A DNA stretch of 64,000 bases from Akkermansia sp. (GTDB lineage: Bacteria; Verrucomicrobiota; Verrucomicrobiia; Verrucomicrobiales; Akkermansiaceae), in the NCBI GenBank assembly GCA_051884295.1, contig JBJEVK010000048.1, forward strand, positions 3,820 to 67,819. The letters run 5' to 3'. A program made the translations under genes and the position numbers. Numbering within the stretch: position 1 is the stretch's first letter; the number at the start of each line of letters is the position of its first letter. Shown here in pieces: positions 48,278 to 59,034 of this stretch. The notes beneath the pieces were generated by a model, which had not been told where the DNA came from, did not search any database, and saw only the letters and a program-made list of their open reading frames with translations.

Positions 48278-48631
48278 TTACCAAGCCCGCTGCCATTCGA
48301 TGCGGTTTTCGGGTTTCCAGAATTGTTCGAGTTGGTAGAAGCTGCGGGTTTCGTCTCCCATGACATGCACCATGACATCGATGTAGTCCAGCACGGACCA
48401 AAGCGCCTGCGGCGCGCGGTCGGCGTACACGGGGTCGAGCCCGTGTCGTTCGTACACATCGTGATCCACATCGCGCAGCACGGCGCGCAGGTGCGGCACG
48501 GAGGTCGCGGTGCAGACCACGGCAAAATCCGTCAGCGAGGAGGTGCCCCGCAGGTCGTACACGGCAATATCGGTGGCTTTGGCATCATCGGCGGCGGTCG
48601 CGCAGGCGACGGCGAGCTCTCGGGCGGTCAT
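48278..48631 (-). CDS. rsfS: Ribosome silencing factor
   Basis: DAKATDIAVYDL, WSVLDYIDVMVHVM, RSFYQLEQFW. Confidence 0.92.
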   Translation of the reverse strand: MTARELAVACATAADDAKATDIAVYDLRGTSSLTDFAVVCTATSVPHLRAVLRDVDHDVYERHGLDPVYADRAPQALWSVLDYIDVMVHVMGDETRSFYQLEQFWKPENRIEWQRAW

Positions 48632-48637
48632 AGGCAA

Positions 48638-50959
48638 TCAGTGTGTGGGAGGTTGTTCAGTGGGGGAGTCCGTTTCTTTCGGGGTGTTGTCGGCAGCGGA
48701 CGTTTCGGTCGGGGCTTCCGTGGTTTCGCGGGGCTGCTCCGGCTCATCGGTCGGCAGTTCGGGGGGCAGCTCGCGCACGGGAGGCTCGCTCATCGCACCC
48801 GTTTCCAGCAGCTCGCTCACCTGCTTGCCGGTCAGGGTTTCGTATTCCAGCAGCGTGTCGGCAATGAGCAGCAGGCGCTCCTTGTTCTCGCGGATAATGC
48901 TCAGCGCGCGTTCGTAGTTCTCGCTCACAATGCGCTGCACTTCCTCATCAATCAGCTGAGCCGTGTGCTCGGAGAAGCTGCGCCCCTGCGCCAAATCGCG
49001 AGCCAGGAACACCTCGCTGTGGCCGCTGGCATACTCGACGGGGCCGAGCTTGGGGCTCATGCCGTAGACGCACACCATCTTGCGGGCAATGTGCGTGGCC
49101 TGGCGGATGTCCATGCTGGCACCGCCGGAGACATCGCCGCAGATGACCTGCTCGGCGCAGCGGCCGCCCATCGCCATGACGATATAGTCGTGCAGCTCGC
49201 TCTCGTATTCGCTGTGCTTGTCCTCCTCGGGCAGCATCATGGTGACGCCCAGCGCCGGACCGCGCGGGATGATGGTGACCTTGTGCAGGGGGAGGGACTT
49301 GGATAGATTGGTCTTGAGCAGGCAGATGGCGTGGCCGACCTCGTGGATGGCGGTGTTGCGCTTTTCCTTATCCGTGATTTCCAGCGAGCGGCGCTCGCGC
49401 CCCCAGCGCACTTTCTCGCGCGCCTCCTCCAAATCTTCCTGCTGCACGGCGGGGCGGTTCTTGCGGGCGGCAATGAGCGCGGCCTCGTTGACGAGGTTGG
49501 CGAGCTCGGCGCCGGAGAAGCCCGTGGTGGCGCGGGCAATGGGGTTGAGGTCAACCCCGTCGGCCAGCTTCACCTTGCGGGCGTGTACCTTGAGAATCTG
49601 CTCGCGACCGGCGGCATCGGGCAGGTTGACCGTCACTTGGCGGTCGAAGCGACCGGGGCGCAGCAGGGCAGGGTCAAGCACGTCCACGCGGTTGGTGGCG
49701 GCAATGACGATGACATTTTCGTTGGCGGTGAAGCCGTCCATCTCCACCAGCAGGGCGTTGAGCGTCTGCTCGCGCTCGTCGTGCCCGCCGCCGACACCAT
49801 GTCCGCGGTGGCGACCGACGGCGTCAATCTCGTCGATGAAGATGAGGCAGGGCGCGTGCTTCTTGGCCTCGGCAAACATGTCGCGCACGCGGCTGGCACC
49901 CACGCCGACGAACATCTCCACGAAGTCGGAGCCCGAGATGGTGTAGAAGGGCACATCGGCCTCGCCGGCGATGGCGCGCGCCAGCAGGGTCTTGCCCGTG
50001 CCGGGGGGACCGACCATCAGCACACCCTTGGGAATGGTGCCGCCCAGATTGCGGAATTTTTTAGGATTGCGCAGGAACTCGACGATTTCCCACACTTCTT
50101 CCTTGGCTTCGGAGATGCCGGCGACATCCTTGAAGGTGACGTGGTTTTTAGAGGGGTCGAGCAGGCGCGCGCGGCTGCGGGCGAACTTCATGGCGCCGCC
50201 GGGGCCGCCGCTCTGGGCGCGGAAGAAGAAGAAGAGCAGCAGCAGCACGACCGCCAGCGGCAGGAGATTGATGAGAATGTTGCTCCAGGTGTTGTCCTCC
50301 GAACGATAATCGGCGTTGTTGCCCAGCAGCTCGCGCACGGCATCGCCCTGGAAGAGGCGGTTGAAGCGGACGCGCACCGGCTCCACATCGCGCGGCGTCA
50401 CCTTGTCGGTGTAGGCTTTGCGATATTTGCCGATGATGACGTTGTCGCCATTGTTCAGGTGGTAGATGGCGGCGCTGCCGGGGAGGATGCGCCCCTCGAC
50501 GCCCAGCCGCTCAAAGGCTTCGCAGCCGGCCAGCTTGTCGGCCGTCTCGACGGCGGGTTGCTCCATCGCCGGCGGGGTGGAGGTGATGCCGAAGCGGTTG
50601 CAGAGCGTGCGCAGGGTTTCGGAATCGGTGTAGGGGAGCACGAAGGTGCTCTCCTGATAGTTCGGTTTCTTTTTGTAGAGGTAGGCGGTGAGGGTGCTCT
50701 CGCTGCCGGCATCGTTAGTGGTGACTTCGATGGGGTAGTCCTTGGGCTGCGTGGTCACCACCAGCCCCTCGCGGTAGTCCTTGGTGAAGGCGTCGAGCGT
50801 GATGCTGCGCGCGGGGCTGCTCATGGAGCCGTCAAACACGAAGGCCACCAGCAGAATGCCCGTGATGACGGCCATGAGAATCATCACACCCCAGTTCGGC
50901 GAGGAACCGGGCTGCGGGGGGGAGGAAAAAGGGTTTTTCTTGGGGGGAAGCGGGGGCAT
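48638..50959 (-). CDS. ftsH: ATP-dependent zinc metalloprotease FtsH
   Basis: Two TM segments, [24 protein letters not shown]. Confidence 0.96.
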   Translation of the reverse strand: MPPLPPKKNPFSSPPQPGSSPNWGVMILMAVITGILLVAFVFDGSMSSPARSITLDAFTKDYREGLVVTTQPKDYPIEVTTNDAGSESTLTAYLYKKKPNYQESTFVLPYTDSETLRTLCNRFGITSTPPAMEQPAVETADKLAGCEAFERLGVEGRILPGSAAIYHLNNGDNVIIGKYRKAYTDKVTPRDVEPVRVRFNRLFQGDAVRELLGNNADYRSEDNTWSNILINLLPLAVVLLLLFFFFRAQSGGPGGAMKFARSRARLLDPSKNHVTFKDVAGISEAKEEVWEIVEFLRNPKKFRNLGGTIPKGVLMVGPPGTGKTLLARAIAGEADVPFYTISGSDFVEMFVGVGASRVRDMFAEAKKHAPCLIFIDEIDAVGRHRGHGVGGGHDEREQTLNALLVEMDGFTANENVIVIAATNRVDVLDPALLRPGRFDRQVTVNLPDAAGREQILKVHARKVKLADGVDLNPIARATTGFSGAELANLVNEAALIAARKNRPAVQQEDLEEAREKVRWGRERRSLEITDKEKRNTAIHEVGHAICLLKTNLSKSLPLHKVTIIPRGPALGVTMMLPEEDKHSEYESELHDYIVMAMGGRCAEQVICGDVSGGASMDIRQATHIARKMVCVYGMSPKLGPVEYASGHSEVFLARDLAQGRSFSEHTAQLIDEEVQRIVSENYERALSIIRENKERLLLIADTLLEYETLTGKQVSELLETGAMSEPPVRELPPELPTDEPEQPRETTEAPTETSAADNTPKETDSPTEQPPTH

Positions 50960-51054
50960 GGTGTGTCTATTGCGATTATAAGGGCTGCAGGGGTGCAGGG
51001 AAAAACCCTTTTTGAGGCATGCGGGCGAAAAAGGCTGTCAGCATGGGGACTCGC

Positions 51055-52398
51055 TCAGATGAGGTGCCCCATGCGGTCGCGCTTGGTTTCCAGGTAATGC
51101 TTGTTGTCAGCGTTCGGCGGGATGCTGATGGGCACTTGCTCCGCGATGTCGAGCCCATGCCCCGAGAGACCGACGATTTTGCGCGGGTTGTTGGTCATGA
51201 GCCGCAGGTGGCGCACGCCGAGGTCGCGCAGAATCTGGGCGCCGACGCCGTAGTCGCGCAGGTCGGGCGGGAAGCCGAGCCGCACGTTGGCATCCACGGT
51301 GTCGAGCCCCTGTTCCTGGAGCTTGTAGGCGTGCAGCTTGGCCGAGAGACCGATGCCGCGCCCCTCCTGGCGCAGGTAGAGGATGATGCCGCCCTCGGCC
51401 GCCACGCGGCGCATGGCGGCGTGCAGCTGGCTGCCGCAGTCGCAGCGGCGGCTGCCGAAGACATCGCCCGTCAGGCACTCGCTGTGCACGCGGCAGAGGA
51501 TGGGCTTGTCGGGGTCGATGTCGCCGCGCACGAGGGCGAGGTGCGTCTGCCCGTCCACCTCGCTGTGGTAGGAGTGGCAGGTGAATTCGCCGAACTCGGT
51601 GGGCAGTTTGACGGTCTCCTCGCGGTACACGAGTTTTTCGGTGTGCTGGCGGTGTTCGATGATCTGCGCCAGCGAGCAGGCCTTGAGTCCGTATTGCTTC
51701 TGGAAGCAGCCGAGCTCGCCCAGACGCGCCATGGTGCCGTCGTCCTTCATGATTTCGCAGCAGACCCCCACGGGCTCCATCCCGGCGATGCGCAGCAGGT
51801 CGACGGTGGCCTCCGTGTGCCCGGCGCGGCGCAGCACGCCGCCCTCGCGGGCGCGCAGGGGGAAGCAGTGCCCCGGCTGCACGAAGTCGTCGAGCGTGCT
51901 GCGCGGGTCAGCCAGTTTCATGGTGGTCAGCGAGCGCTCAAAGGCCGAGATGCCCGTGGTCGTGCCCTCCTTGGCATCGACCGAGACGGTGAAGGCGGTG
52001 TGCAGTTTCTCGGTATTGTGCTGCGCCTGCATGGGCAGCCCCAGCTGCTCGATGCGCTCGGGGGCCATGGGCACGCAGATGAGTCCGCGGGCGTGCGTGG
52101 CCATGAAGTTGATGTTCTGCGGGGTGGCAAACTGCCCGGCGCAGATGAGGTCGGCCTCGTTCTCGCGCTGCGGGTCATCCGTGACGAGAATCAGACGCCC
52201 GAGCCGCAGCTCCTCGATGACCTCGGGCAGGGGGGAATAGACGATGGGGTCGCTGCCGTCGGCCACGGGCACGCTCGCGGGCGGGGCGGGCTCGGGCTCG
52301 CGGGGCAGCGCGACCCCGCCCTCTGCGGCATCGCATTGGTTGATGAAGTCGTTCATGTCAAAGACACCGTTCTTGGCGTGGAACTCAATGTGTTGCAT
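51055..52398 (-). CDS. ribBA: Bifunctional DHBP synthase / GTP cyclohydrolase II
   Basis: RENEADL, RAGHTEA, RVHSECLTGD, RQEGRGIG; alternative start at 52356. Confidence 0.95.
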   Translation of the reverse strand: MQHIEFHAKNGVFDMNDFINQCDAAEGGVALPREPEPAPPASVPVADGSDPIVYSPLPEVIEELRLGRLILVTDDPQRENEADLICAGQFATPQNINFMATHARGLICVPMAPERIEQLGLPMQAQHNTEKLHTAFTVSVDAKEGTTTGISAFERSLTTMKLADPRSTLDDFVQPGHCFPLRAREGGVLRRAGHTEATVDLLRIAGMEPVGVCCEIMKDDGTMARLGELGCFQKQYGLKACSLAQIIEHRQHTEKLVYREETVKLPTEFGEFTCHSYHSEVDGQTHLALVRGDIDPDKPILCRVHSECLTGDVFGSRRCDCGSQLHAAMRRVAAEGGIILYLRQEGRGIGLSAKLHAYKLQEQGLDTVDANVRLGFPPDLRDYGVGAQILRDLGVRHLRLMTNNPRKIVGLSGHGLDIAEQVPISIPPNADNKHYLETKRDRMGHLI

Positions 52399-52404
52399 GG
52401 GGGA

Positions 52405-53061
52405 TCAGTGTTCGTAGAGGGTGGGGTCGGGCGCGCCGGCGGCGGCAAAGGCTGCCTTGCGCTCGCGGCAGGTGGCGCAGAGACCGCAGTGGCGCTCGCC
52501 GCCGCGGTAGCAGGAGTAGGTGTGGGCATAGTCCACCCCCAGCCGCAGCCCCTCGCGCACGATGTCGCCCTTGGAGGCGCGGATGAAGGGGCGCAGAATC
52601 TGCAGGTGGGCGTAGGTGCCCAGGCGAATGGCCTCGCCCATGGCGCTCATGAACTCCTCGCGGCAGTCGGGGTAGATGGCGTGGTCGCCCGAGTGGGCGG
52701 CAATGACGATGCCCTCCGCCCCCTTGCTCTCGGCAATGCCGGCGGCGATGGCCAGGAAGATGCCGTTGCGGAAAGGAACGACGGTTTGCCGCAGGTTTTC
52801 GGGGGCGTAGTCCCCGGTGGGGATGGCGTCCGCACCGCTCAGCAGGGCGCTGGAAAGGTGGCTCGCGAGGGTGCTCAGGTCGAGCTCGATGTAGGGAACG
52901 CCCAGATGCTCGGCCTGCCAGCGGGCGCAGGCCAGCTCGCGCTCGGCGTGGTTGCTGCCGTAGCGAAAGGCCAGCGCGCAGGTGATGCGGTGCTCGGCGG
53001 CGGCGCGGTGCAGGGCGGTGGTGGAGTCCAGCCCCCCCGAGAGAAGAACGGCGACATTCAT
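52405..53061 (-). CDS. queC: 7-cyano-7-deazaguanine synthase
   Basis: LLSGGLDS, VPFRN, YPDCR, TYSCY...CGLCATC. Confidence 0.95.
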   Translation of the reverse strand: MNVAVLLSGGLDSTTALHRAAAEHRITCALAFRYGSNHAERELACARWQAEHLGVPYIELDLSTLASHLSSALLSGADAIPTGDYAPENLRQTVVPFRNGIFLAIAAGIAESKGAEGIVIAAHSGDHAIYPDCREEFMSAMGEAIRLGTYAHLQILRPFIRASKGDIVREGLRLGVDYAHTYSCYRGGERHCGLCATCRERKAAFAAAGAPDPTLYEH

Positions 53062-53072
53062 GGTGAGGTCGT

Positions 53073-53483
53073 TCAGAGGGGGCGGTTCTCGGGGTGGTGC
53101 TCGGCGGTGCAGGTGAGCCGGATGCCCCCGCGCGAGCCGAAGCGCCCCTCGACCTTCATCCACGCGGGCTGCACCGCCGCCACGAGGTCGTCGAGGATGC
53201 GGTTGACCACCTGCTCGTTGAAGGCAGGGTAGTTGCGGAAGGAGGCGAGGTAGTACTTGAGGCTCTTGGTCTCCACGCATTTGTCCGCCGGGCTGTAGGT
53301 GATGCTCATCTTGCAGCTGTCGGGCTGCCCCGTCACGGGGCAGAGCGAGGAGAACTCATCCGTCTCCAGCCTTACCACATAGGGGCGCCCCGGCGTGCGG
53401 TTGGGGAAGGCTTCGAGTTTGGCCTCATCGGGACTGGAGAAAAAGGCGGTGTGCCGCCCCAGCATCGAGATGTCGTTGCTCAT
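53073..53483 (-). CDS. queF: PreQ0 reductase, unimodular
   Basis: EFSSLCPVTGQPD, VETKSLKYYL. Confidence 0.92.
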   Translation of the reverse strand: MSNDISMLGRHTAFFSSPDEAKLEAFPNRTPGRPYVVRLETDEFSSLCPVTGQPDSCKMSITYSPADKCVETKSLKYYLASFRNYPAFNEQVVNRILDDLVAAVQPAWMKVEGRFGSRGGIRLTCTAEHHPENRPL

Positions 53484-53498
53484 GGTGTGTGCGGAAAA

Positions 53499-54914
53499 TC
53501 AGAGTTTGGTCAGGGTGTAGCTGTCGCGCCCGTCCTTCATGCCCCAGCCCAGCTGCGCCAGCTCGGCGCGCAGGGCATCGGCGCTTGCCCAATCCTTGGC
53601 GCAGCGGGCCGCCCAGCGCTTGTCGGCGATCGCGCGGATGTCCTCGGGCACCTCGATGTCGGCGTCGGGGTCGGGTAGCTGCAGCCCCAGCGCCTCCGTG
53701 ATGACGCGGAAGGCGCGCCACAGTCCCGTCGCCTCCTCGGGCGACAGGGTGTCGGGCTTCACGCTCCTGATGGCGCTGAACACATGGCCGAGCGCCTCCG
53801 GGGTGTTGAGGTCGTCCTCCAGACTGGCCCAGGCGGGCTCGAAGATGCCGAGGGCAGGGCGCTGCTTCACCAGCTCGCGGTAGGCGGGCTCCTTGGCGCC
53901 GGAAAGCTTGGCGAGCGCCTTGTCGAAGCGCCCGAGCTTGTTGAGGGCGCTCGCGGCGTCCTTCAGCCCGGCGAGGGTGAAGTTGAGCGGGCGGCGGTAG
54001 TAGGCGCCGGCGAGGATGTAGCGCAGCGCGGCGGGGCTGTGCCCCATGCACTGCAGCTGGTCGAGGGTGTAGAGGTTGCCGAGGCTCTTGCTCATCTTGG
54101 CGCCGTCCACCAGCAGGTGGGTGATGTGGAACCAGTGGCGCGCGCTCTCGCCGCCGCAGGCGCAGCGGCTCTGGGCAATCTCGTTCTCGTGGTGCGGGAA
54201 GATGAGATCCACGCCGCCGGAGTGCAGGTCGAAGGTGTCGCCCAGGTACTTGTGGCTCATGGCGGAGCACTCGAGGTGCCAGCCGGGGCGCCCTTCGCCC
54301 CAGGGGCTGGGCCAGAAGTTGGGGCCGTCCTCGGGGCGGCGCGCCTTCCACAGCACAAAGTCCGCTACGCTGTCCTTGTCGTACTCATCGACATCGGCGC
54401 GGGTGGTCGCGGTCTTGCCCAGGTCGAGCGTCTGGCGGTCGAGGTGAGCGAGCCGCCCGTACTCGGGGTAGGAGGAGATGCGGAAGTAAACGGAGCCGTC
54501 CTCGCTGCGGTAGGCATGATCGCTGTCCATGAGGCGCTGCACGATCTCGATCTGCTCGGCGATGTGGTGCACGGCGCCGGGCTCCACATGCGGCGGCAGG
54601 CAGTTGAGCGCCTTGCAGTCCGCGTGGAATTTCTCCGTCCACTGCGCGGTGTAGTCCGCGAGGGGGATGCCCTGCGCCTGCGAGTTGCGGATGGTCTTGT
54701 CGTCCACGTCGGTGATGTTGCGGACGTGTTTGGTGCGCAGGCCGCCGAGCTCGACCACGCGGCGGAAGACATCCTGAATGACAAAGGTGCGGAAGTTGCC
54801 GATGTGGGCGGCGGCGTACACCGTCGGGCCGCAACAGTAGAAGCGCAGCTGTTTGCCGTCTTCCGCCTGTACGGGTTTGAGCGCCCCCGACTGTGTATCA
54901 AAGAGATTCAACAT
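53499..54914 (-). CDS. cysS: Cysteine--tRNA ligase
   Basis: YCCGPTVY...HIGN, GRPGWHLEC, KMSKS. Confidence 0.96.
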   Translation of the reverse strand: MLNLFDTQSGALKPVQAEDGKQLRFYCCGPTVYAAAHIGNFRTFVIQDVFRRVVELGGLRTKHVRNITDVDDKTIRNSQAQGIPLADYTAQWTEKFHADCKALNCLPPHVEPGAVHHIAEQIEIVQRLMDSDHAYRSEDGSVYFRISSYPEYGRLAHLDRQTLDLGKTATTRADVDEYDKDSVADFVLWKARRPEDGPNFWPSPWGEGRPGWHLECSAMSHKYLGDTFDLHSGGVDLIFPHHENEIAQSRCACGGESARHWFHITHLLVDGAKMSKSLGNLYTLDQLQCMGHSPAALRYILAGAYYRRPLNFTLAGLKDAASALNKLGRFDKALAKLSGAKEPAYRELVKQRPALGIFEPAWASLEDDLNTPEALGHVFSAIRSVKPDTLSPEEATGLWRAFRVITEALGLQLPDPDADIEVPEDIRAIADKRWAARCAKDWASADALRAELAQLGWGMKDGRDSYTLTKL

Positions 54915-54924
54915 AACGCCCGCC

Positions 54925-54953
54925 AGTATGAGCGCGCGGGCGCGCGGCGTCAA
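54925..54953 (-). promoter_or_regulatory. Sigma70-like promoter for cysS-queF-queC-ribBA
   Basis: Minus strand TTGACG-17-CATACT. Confidence 0.6.
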
Positions 54954-55062
54954 GCCTTCCCTGTGTCCTATTCCGCAGCGCAGGCTCGCGGGGGACGAAC
55001 GCGCGGCAGCCCCCGCATCGGGGAGCTGCCGCAACGGAAAGCGGGGAAGGAGCGCCGGCGAC

Positions 55063-55536
55063 TCAGTGCAGCCTGGAGAACAGGGTGGGATGGTCGAGGA
55101 TGCTCATGTAGGGGCGGTGGTCGATGCCTGAGTCCAGCAGATAGAGGGTGAGCAGGCGCTTGACGATGGCGAGAATGCGCTCCGGCTGCCAGGGTTTTTC
55201 GATGTAGTTGTCGATGTGCCCGTCGTTGATGGCGTTGATGGTGTCGGCGTGGGTCGCCTGACCGGTCAACAGCACCTTGCGCGTGTGCTTGAAGCGGCGA
55301 TCGGCGGCCACCTTGCCCAAAAGCTCGGTGCCGCTGGCGCCGGGCATCACCTGGTCGGAGATGATGATGGCCACATGGTCGCCGGCCCGGTCGATTTGCT
55401 TGGCGAGGGAGAGGCAGTCCTCCACCCCGGAGGCTTCCTCCAGACGGACGAGCGGCGTGAGCGGACGGAGGTCGCGCAGGACGGAGTCGAGCACCTCCTG
55501 TTGGTCATCAACGCAGATAATGTTGATTTGTTCCAT
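55063..55536 (-). CDS. Single-domain response regulator (receiver only)
   Basis: CVDD, ISDQVMP, LLTG, EKPW; short C-terminal tail with no DNA-binding domain. Confidence 0.9.
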   Translation of the reverse strand: MEQINIICVDDQQEVLDSVLRDLRPLTPLVRLEEASGVEDCLSLAKQIDRAGDHVAIIISDQVMPGASGTELLGKVAADRRFKHTRKVLLTGQATHADTINAINDGHIDNYIEKPWQPERILAIVKRLLTLYLLDSGIDHRPYMSILDHPTLFSRLH

Positions 55537-55650
55537 AGTGTGTCGTGGGGTATAAGCTTTTGTTCGGCTGTTCTTCATCCTAGCAGAGGCAGCGCGCAGC
55601 TGCAACGAAAAAAAAGCGCCGAAAGCCGCAAAAATTGCGGGCAGGGGGTG

Positions 55651-57093
55651 TCAGGTCGCCGTGGCGGCGGGCTCCTCGGTGCTCAGGGGCAGGTAGACGG
55701 CAAAGCAGGTGGCCTGATCATCACTGGTGAGCTCGATGCAACCCTTGTAGCTGTCGATGACGCGGCGCACGATGGCTAGCCCCAGCCCCAGGCCGAAGTC
55801 AAGCCCCAGTTTCTTGGTGGTGAAGTTGGGCTGGAAGATTTTCTCGCGGATGCCCTCGGGGATGGTCGGGCCGTTGTTGGTGAAGGAGACGCGGATGTAG
55901 TCGGTCGGCAGCAGGCGCAGACCGTCAGCGTGGTACAGCTCGGCGCGGATGCTCAGGGTGGGCTGCTCGGTGCCGCCCTGTTCCATGGCATCGCAGGCGT
56001 TTTTGATGATGTTGGTCCACACCTGCACCAGCTCGGTGACATCGGCGGTGATGGGGGGCAGGGCGGGGAAATCGGTCTCGAGCTGGATGTGCTTGAGCTT
56101 GTTGGTCAGCAGGTTCATCGCATCGTTGAGCGATTCGACGACATCGGCATCGGTGTTGCGGGCGGAGTTGCCGCCGCCCAGCATCTTGACGGAGCGCACA
56201 ATGCCCGTGGCGTGGCGGGCGGCAATCTGCATGTCGCGCAGGTCGTGCCCCAGCTCCCAGAAGCGGTAGTTGCTGCGGAGATTTTTGAGGAATTTGCGGT
56301 CGAGTTTCTTCAGCTCGGTCTCATCGGGCGCGATGTGTGCCAGCACCTTGGCGGCATCCTGCGTCCAACCCAGCTCGCGCTCGTAGCGTCGCGCCGTTTG
56401 GCGCAGCTCGGCGGCGGGGGTGAAGCTCTTGTCGATAAAGCCGAGGGTGAAGAGCTTGGAGTTGAGCGGGTTTTCCTCTGCCAAGCAGTAGGTGAGCTGT
56501 TCGGCGACGAATTCCATGCGACGCGAGATGACCCCGACGGCGTTGTTGAGCTCGTGGGCGATGCCCGCCGTCAGCTGGCTGAGCGTGGTCGCCATTTCCG
56601 CGCGCTGGAGCAGGCGGCGCGCTTCCTCCTTCTCGGCGGCGTGGCCGAAGATGCGGCGGTTGCGGGCGGCCAGCTCGTGGATGAGCACGGGGAGAAACTG
56701 GTGCTCCAAGCTGCCGTAGTGCTCCTCATCCACCGCCTGCACCTCGGTGTCGATGTAGGCCAGCTCCGTGTCCTCGAGTGCCACGATGTCGTTGGAGCTG
56801 TGGAAAGCTCCCGAGAAAAAGCTCTGCACACAGACGTAGGACCCCGATTCCACGCGGAAAACCTCGTAGGTGCGGGTGCCCGTCTCGGCCGGCAGACCGC
56901 AGCCGGGGATGGTTTCCTCGTGGCGGTAGGCGGCCAGCGAGCCCTGTAGGATGAGGTAGAGCCGGTGGCTCTCCTCGCCCTGCGCCACCACCATCGCGCC
57001 CTTGTCGACGTGCAGGGTGCGCGCCGGATCGCTGAAGTAGACCTCACGCAGCCGTTGCAGCGAGGCGTTTTGGCCTGTCAGCTCATCGAACAT
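55651..57093 (-). CDS. Soluble histidine kinase with N-terminal cNMP-binding-like domain
   Basis: VVAQGEESHRLYLILQG cNMP-like domain; IAHELNN H-box, NIIKNACDA N-box, FTTK and GLGLGL. Confidence 0.88.
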   Translation of the reverse strand: MFDELTGQNASLQRLREVYFSDPARTLHVDKGAMVVAQGEESHRLYLILQGSLAAYRHEETIPGCGLPAETGTRTYEVFRVESGSYVCVQSFFSGAFHSSNDIVALEDTELAYIDTEVQAVDEEHYGSLEHQFLPVLIHELAARNRRIFGHAAEKEEARRLLQRAEMATTLSQLTAGIAHELNNAVGVISRRMEFVAEQLTYCLAEENPLNSKLFTLGFIDKSFTPAAELRQTARRYERELGWTQDAAKVLAHIAPDETELKKLDRKFLKNLRSNYRFWELGHDLRDMQIAARHATGIVRSVKMLGGGNSARNTDADVVESLNDAMNLLTNKLKHIQLETDFPALPPITADVTELVQVWTNIIKNACDAMEQGGTEQPTLSIRAELYHADGLRLLPTDYIRVSFTNNGPTIPEGIREKIFQPNFTTKKLGLDFGLGLGLAIVRRVIDSYKGCIELTSDDQATCFAVYLPLSTEEPAATAT

Positions 57094-57124
57094 GGGGCGG
57101 AATGGCGGTGGGCAGCGGCGCGGT

Positions 57125-58843
57125 TCAGGCGAAGAAGCCGCAGTTGTTCAGGACGTACATGAGCACGAAGGTCAGCACGAGCCCCGTCAGGCACAGGACG
57201 GTGCCCGAAACGGCCATGCCCTTCTGCTCAACCAGCCCCGTGGCATAGGCCAGCGCGTTGGGCGGCGTGGAAATCGGCAGCGCCATGCCCAGCGAGGAGG
57301 AGAAGGCAATCGCGCAGAGCAGCCCGATGGCGCCCGCGTTGTCCATGACTCCCGCCCCCACCATGGTGCCCGCCACGGCGGCGAGAATGGGCATGAGCAG
57401 CGAGGCCGTCGCCGTGTGGCTCATGAAGGTGGCCATGAAGAGGCAGATGCTACCCGCGCCGACCATGAGCATCGTGGCATTCCAGCTGGCAAAGGGAATG
57501 GCGTTGATGAGATCCTTGGCGAGGTTGGTCTGCTGCAGCGCCACGCCGAGGGCGAAGCCGCCCGCGACCAGCCACAGCACATCCCAGCTCATGCTCTTGA
57601 GATCCTTGGCGGTGATGACACCCGTGACCGCAAACACGCCGATGGGGACAATGGCCACCGTGTTGGCATCCACGCCGATGAGGTCGGAGAACACCCACAG
57701 GAGAATCGACACGGCAAAGGTGACGTAGACGATGATGGCCTTGGGCGTCTTGAGGAACTCGCCCTCCATCTTCAGCTCAATGCTCTTGGCCTTGATGGGG
57801 AACATCTTGATGAGCAGCAGCCAGCCGATGAGCAGCATGACGGCGACAAAGGGGACGCCGAAGAGCATCCACTTGCCGAAGGAAATGGTGAGCCCCATGT
57901 CCTGCATGGCCTTGAGGGCGATGGCATTGGGCGGGGTGCCGATGGGCGTGCCGATGCCGCCGATGTTGGCCGCGACGGGGATGCAGAGGGCAAAGGCGGC
58001 GCGCCCGCGATCCTCCGGAGCAAAGAGAGCAAGCACGGGACCGAGGATGGCGAGCATCATGGCGGCGGTGGCCGTGTTGCTCATGAACATGGAGAAGAGC
58101 GCCGTCACGCACATGAGCCCCAGCAGCACAAACTTGGGATTCGTGCCGAAGGGCTTGAGCAGCGCCTTGGCCAAGCTGATGTCCAGGCGGTACTTGGTGG
58201 CAGCGGCGGCCAGGAAGAAGCCGCCGAGGAAGAGGATGATGATGGGGTCGGCAAAGGTGGCCATCACGGCCTTTTGTTGCATGACGTTGGTGATGGTCAT
58301 GTTCTTGATGGGGGCCAAATCCACCGTGCCGTCGTGCATGCGCAGCACCGCCCCCTGCAAGGCCTCGGCTTCAGCCGCCTTGTCGGGCTCTGCGGGCGCT
58401 TTTTTGGCCGCCTTGGCAGCGTTCTTCATCAGCTCGCCGTCAATGGTGGTGATGATGCCCGTCGCGTCCAAATTCGCCTTGCCCTTGAGGGTCTTCTTGA
58501 TGGCGGCCATCATGTTCTCCTTGGTCGTCGGTGTCAGCTTGCCCAGGGTGGCGCTGTCGACCGTCGCCTCGACCACGGCTGCGTCGTACACGGCGGGGCG
58601 CAGGAAGGTGAACGCGCTGGAGGACATGCAGAGCAGGCAGATGGTGATGACGAGCGTGGAGGTGGTCCAAATCGGAATGGGCTCGAGAATCCACATGAGG
58701 GCAGCCATCACAAAGAGAGCCACCACCCCCTGTTGCACCATGTTGAGCTCCACCCCCCACGAGGCGTAGGGGAGGAAGAACGTGCAGCCGCTGAGCAGGA
58801 GCACGAGCATGATTTTGATGAGTGATTTGGTTGTGCTGTTCAT
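57125..58843 (-). CDS. SLC13/DASS family anion transporter
   Basis: SMFMSNTAT, IGTPIGTPPN, SHTAT, LPISTPPNA. Confidence 0.92.
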   Translation of the reverse strand: MNSTTKSLIKIMLVLLLSGCTFFLPYASWGVELNMVQQGVVALFVMAALMWILEPIPIWTTSTLVITICLLCMSSSAFTFLRPAVYDAAVVEATVDSATLGKLTPTTKENMMAAIKKTLKGKANLDATGIITTIDGELMKNAAKAAKKAPAEPDKAAEAEALQGAVLRMHDGTVDLAPIKNMTITNVMQQKAVMATFADPIIILFLGGFFLAAAATKYRLDISLAKALLKPFGTNPKFVLLGLMCVTALFSMFMSNTATAAMMLAILGPVLALFAPEDRGRAAFALCIPVAANIGGIGTPIGTPPNAIALKAMQDMGLTISFGKWMLFGVPFVAVMLLIGWLLLIKMFPIKAKSIELKMEGEFLKTPKAIIVYVTFAVSILLWVFSDLIGVDANTVAIVPIGVFAVTGVITAKDLKSMSWDVLWLVAGGFALGVALQQTNLAKDLINAIPFASWNATMLMVGAGSICLFMATFMSHTATASLLMPILAAVAGTMVGAGVMDNAGAIGLLCAIAFSSSLGMALPISTPPNALAYATGLVEQKGMAVSGTVLCLTGLVLTFVLMYVLNNCGFFA

Positions 58844-59034
58844 AGTCGTTTTCGCGTGAAAAAGACGGCACCGACGCACCCCTGCGCGCCCGCGCCCACC
58901 CGCGCCGCCGAGCGGTGCGGATGACGTGCCCAGTCTACCCGAAAGCCACCCTGTTGGCAAGCTCAAATAGCGGGCAGAGCGAAAATGAAGCTCCGCTCTT
59001 GCGGCCGCCTCGCCGGGGGTGTATCATGGTGCTC

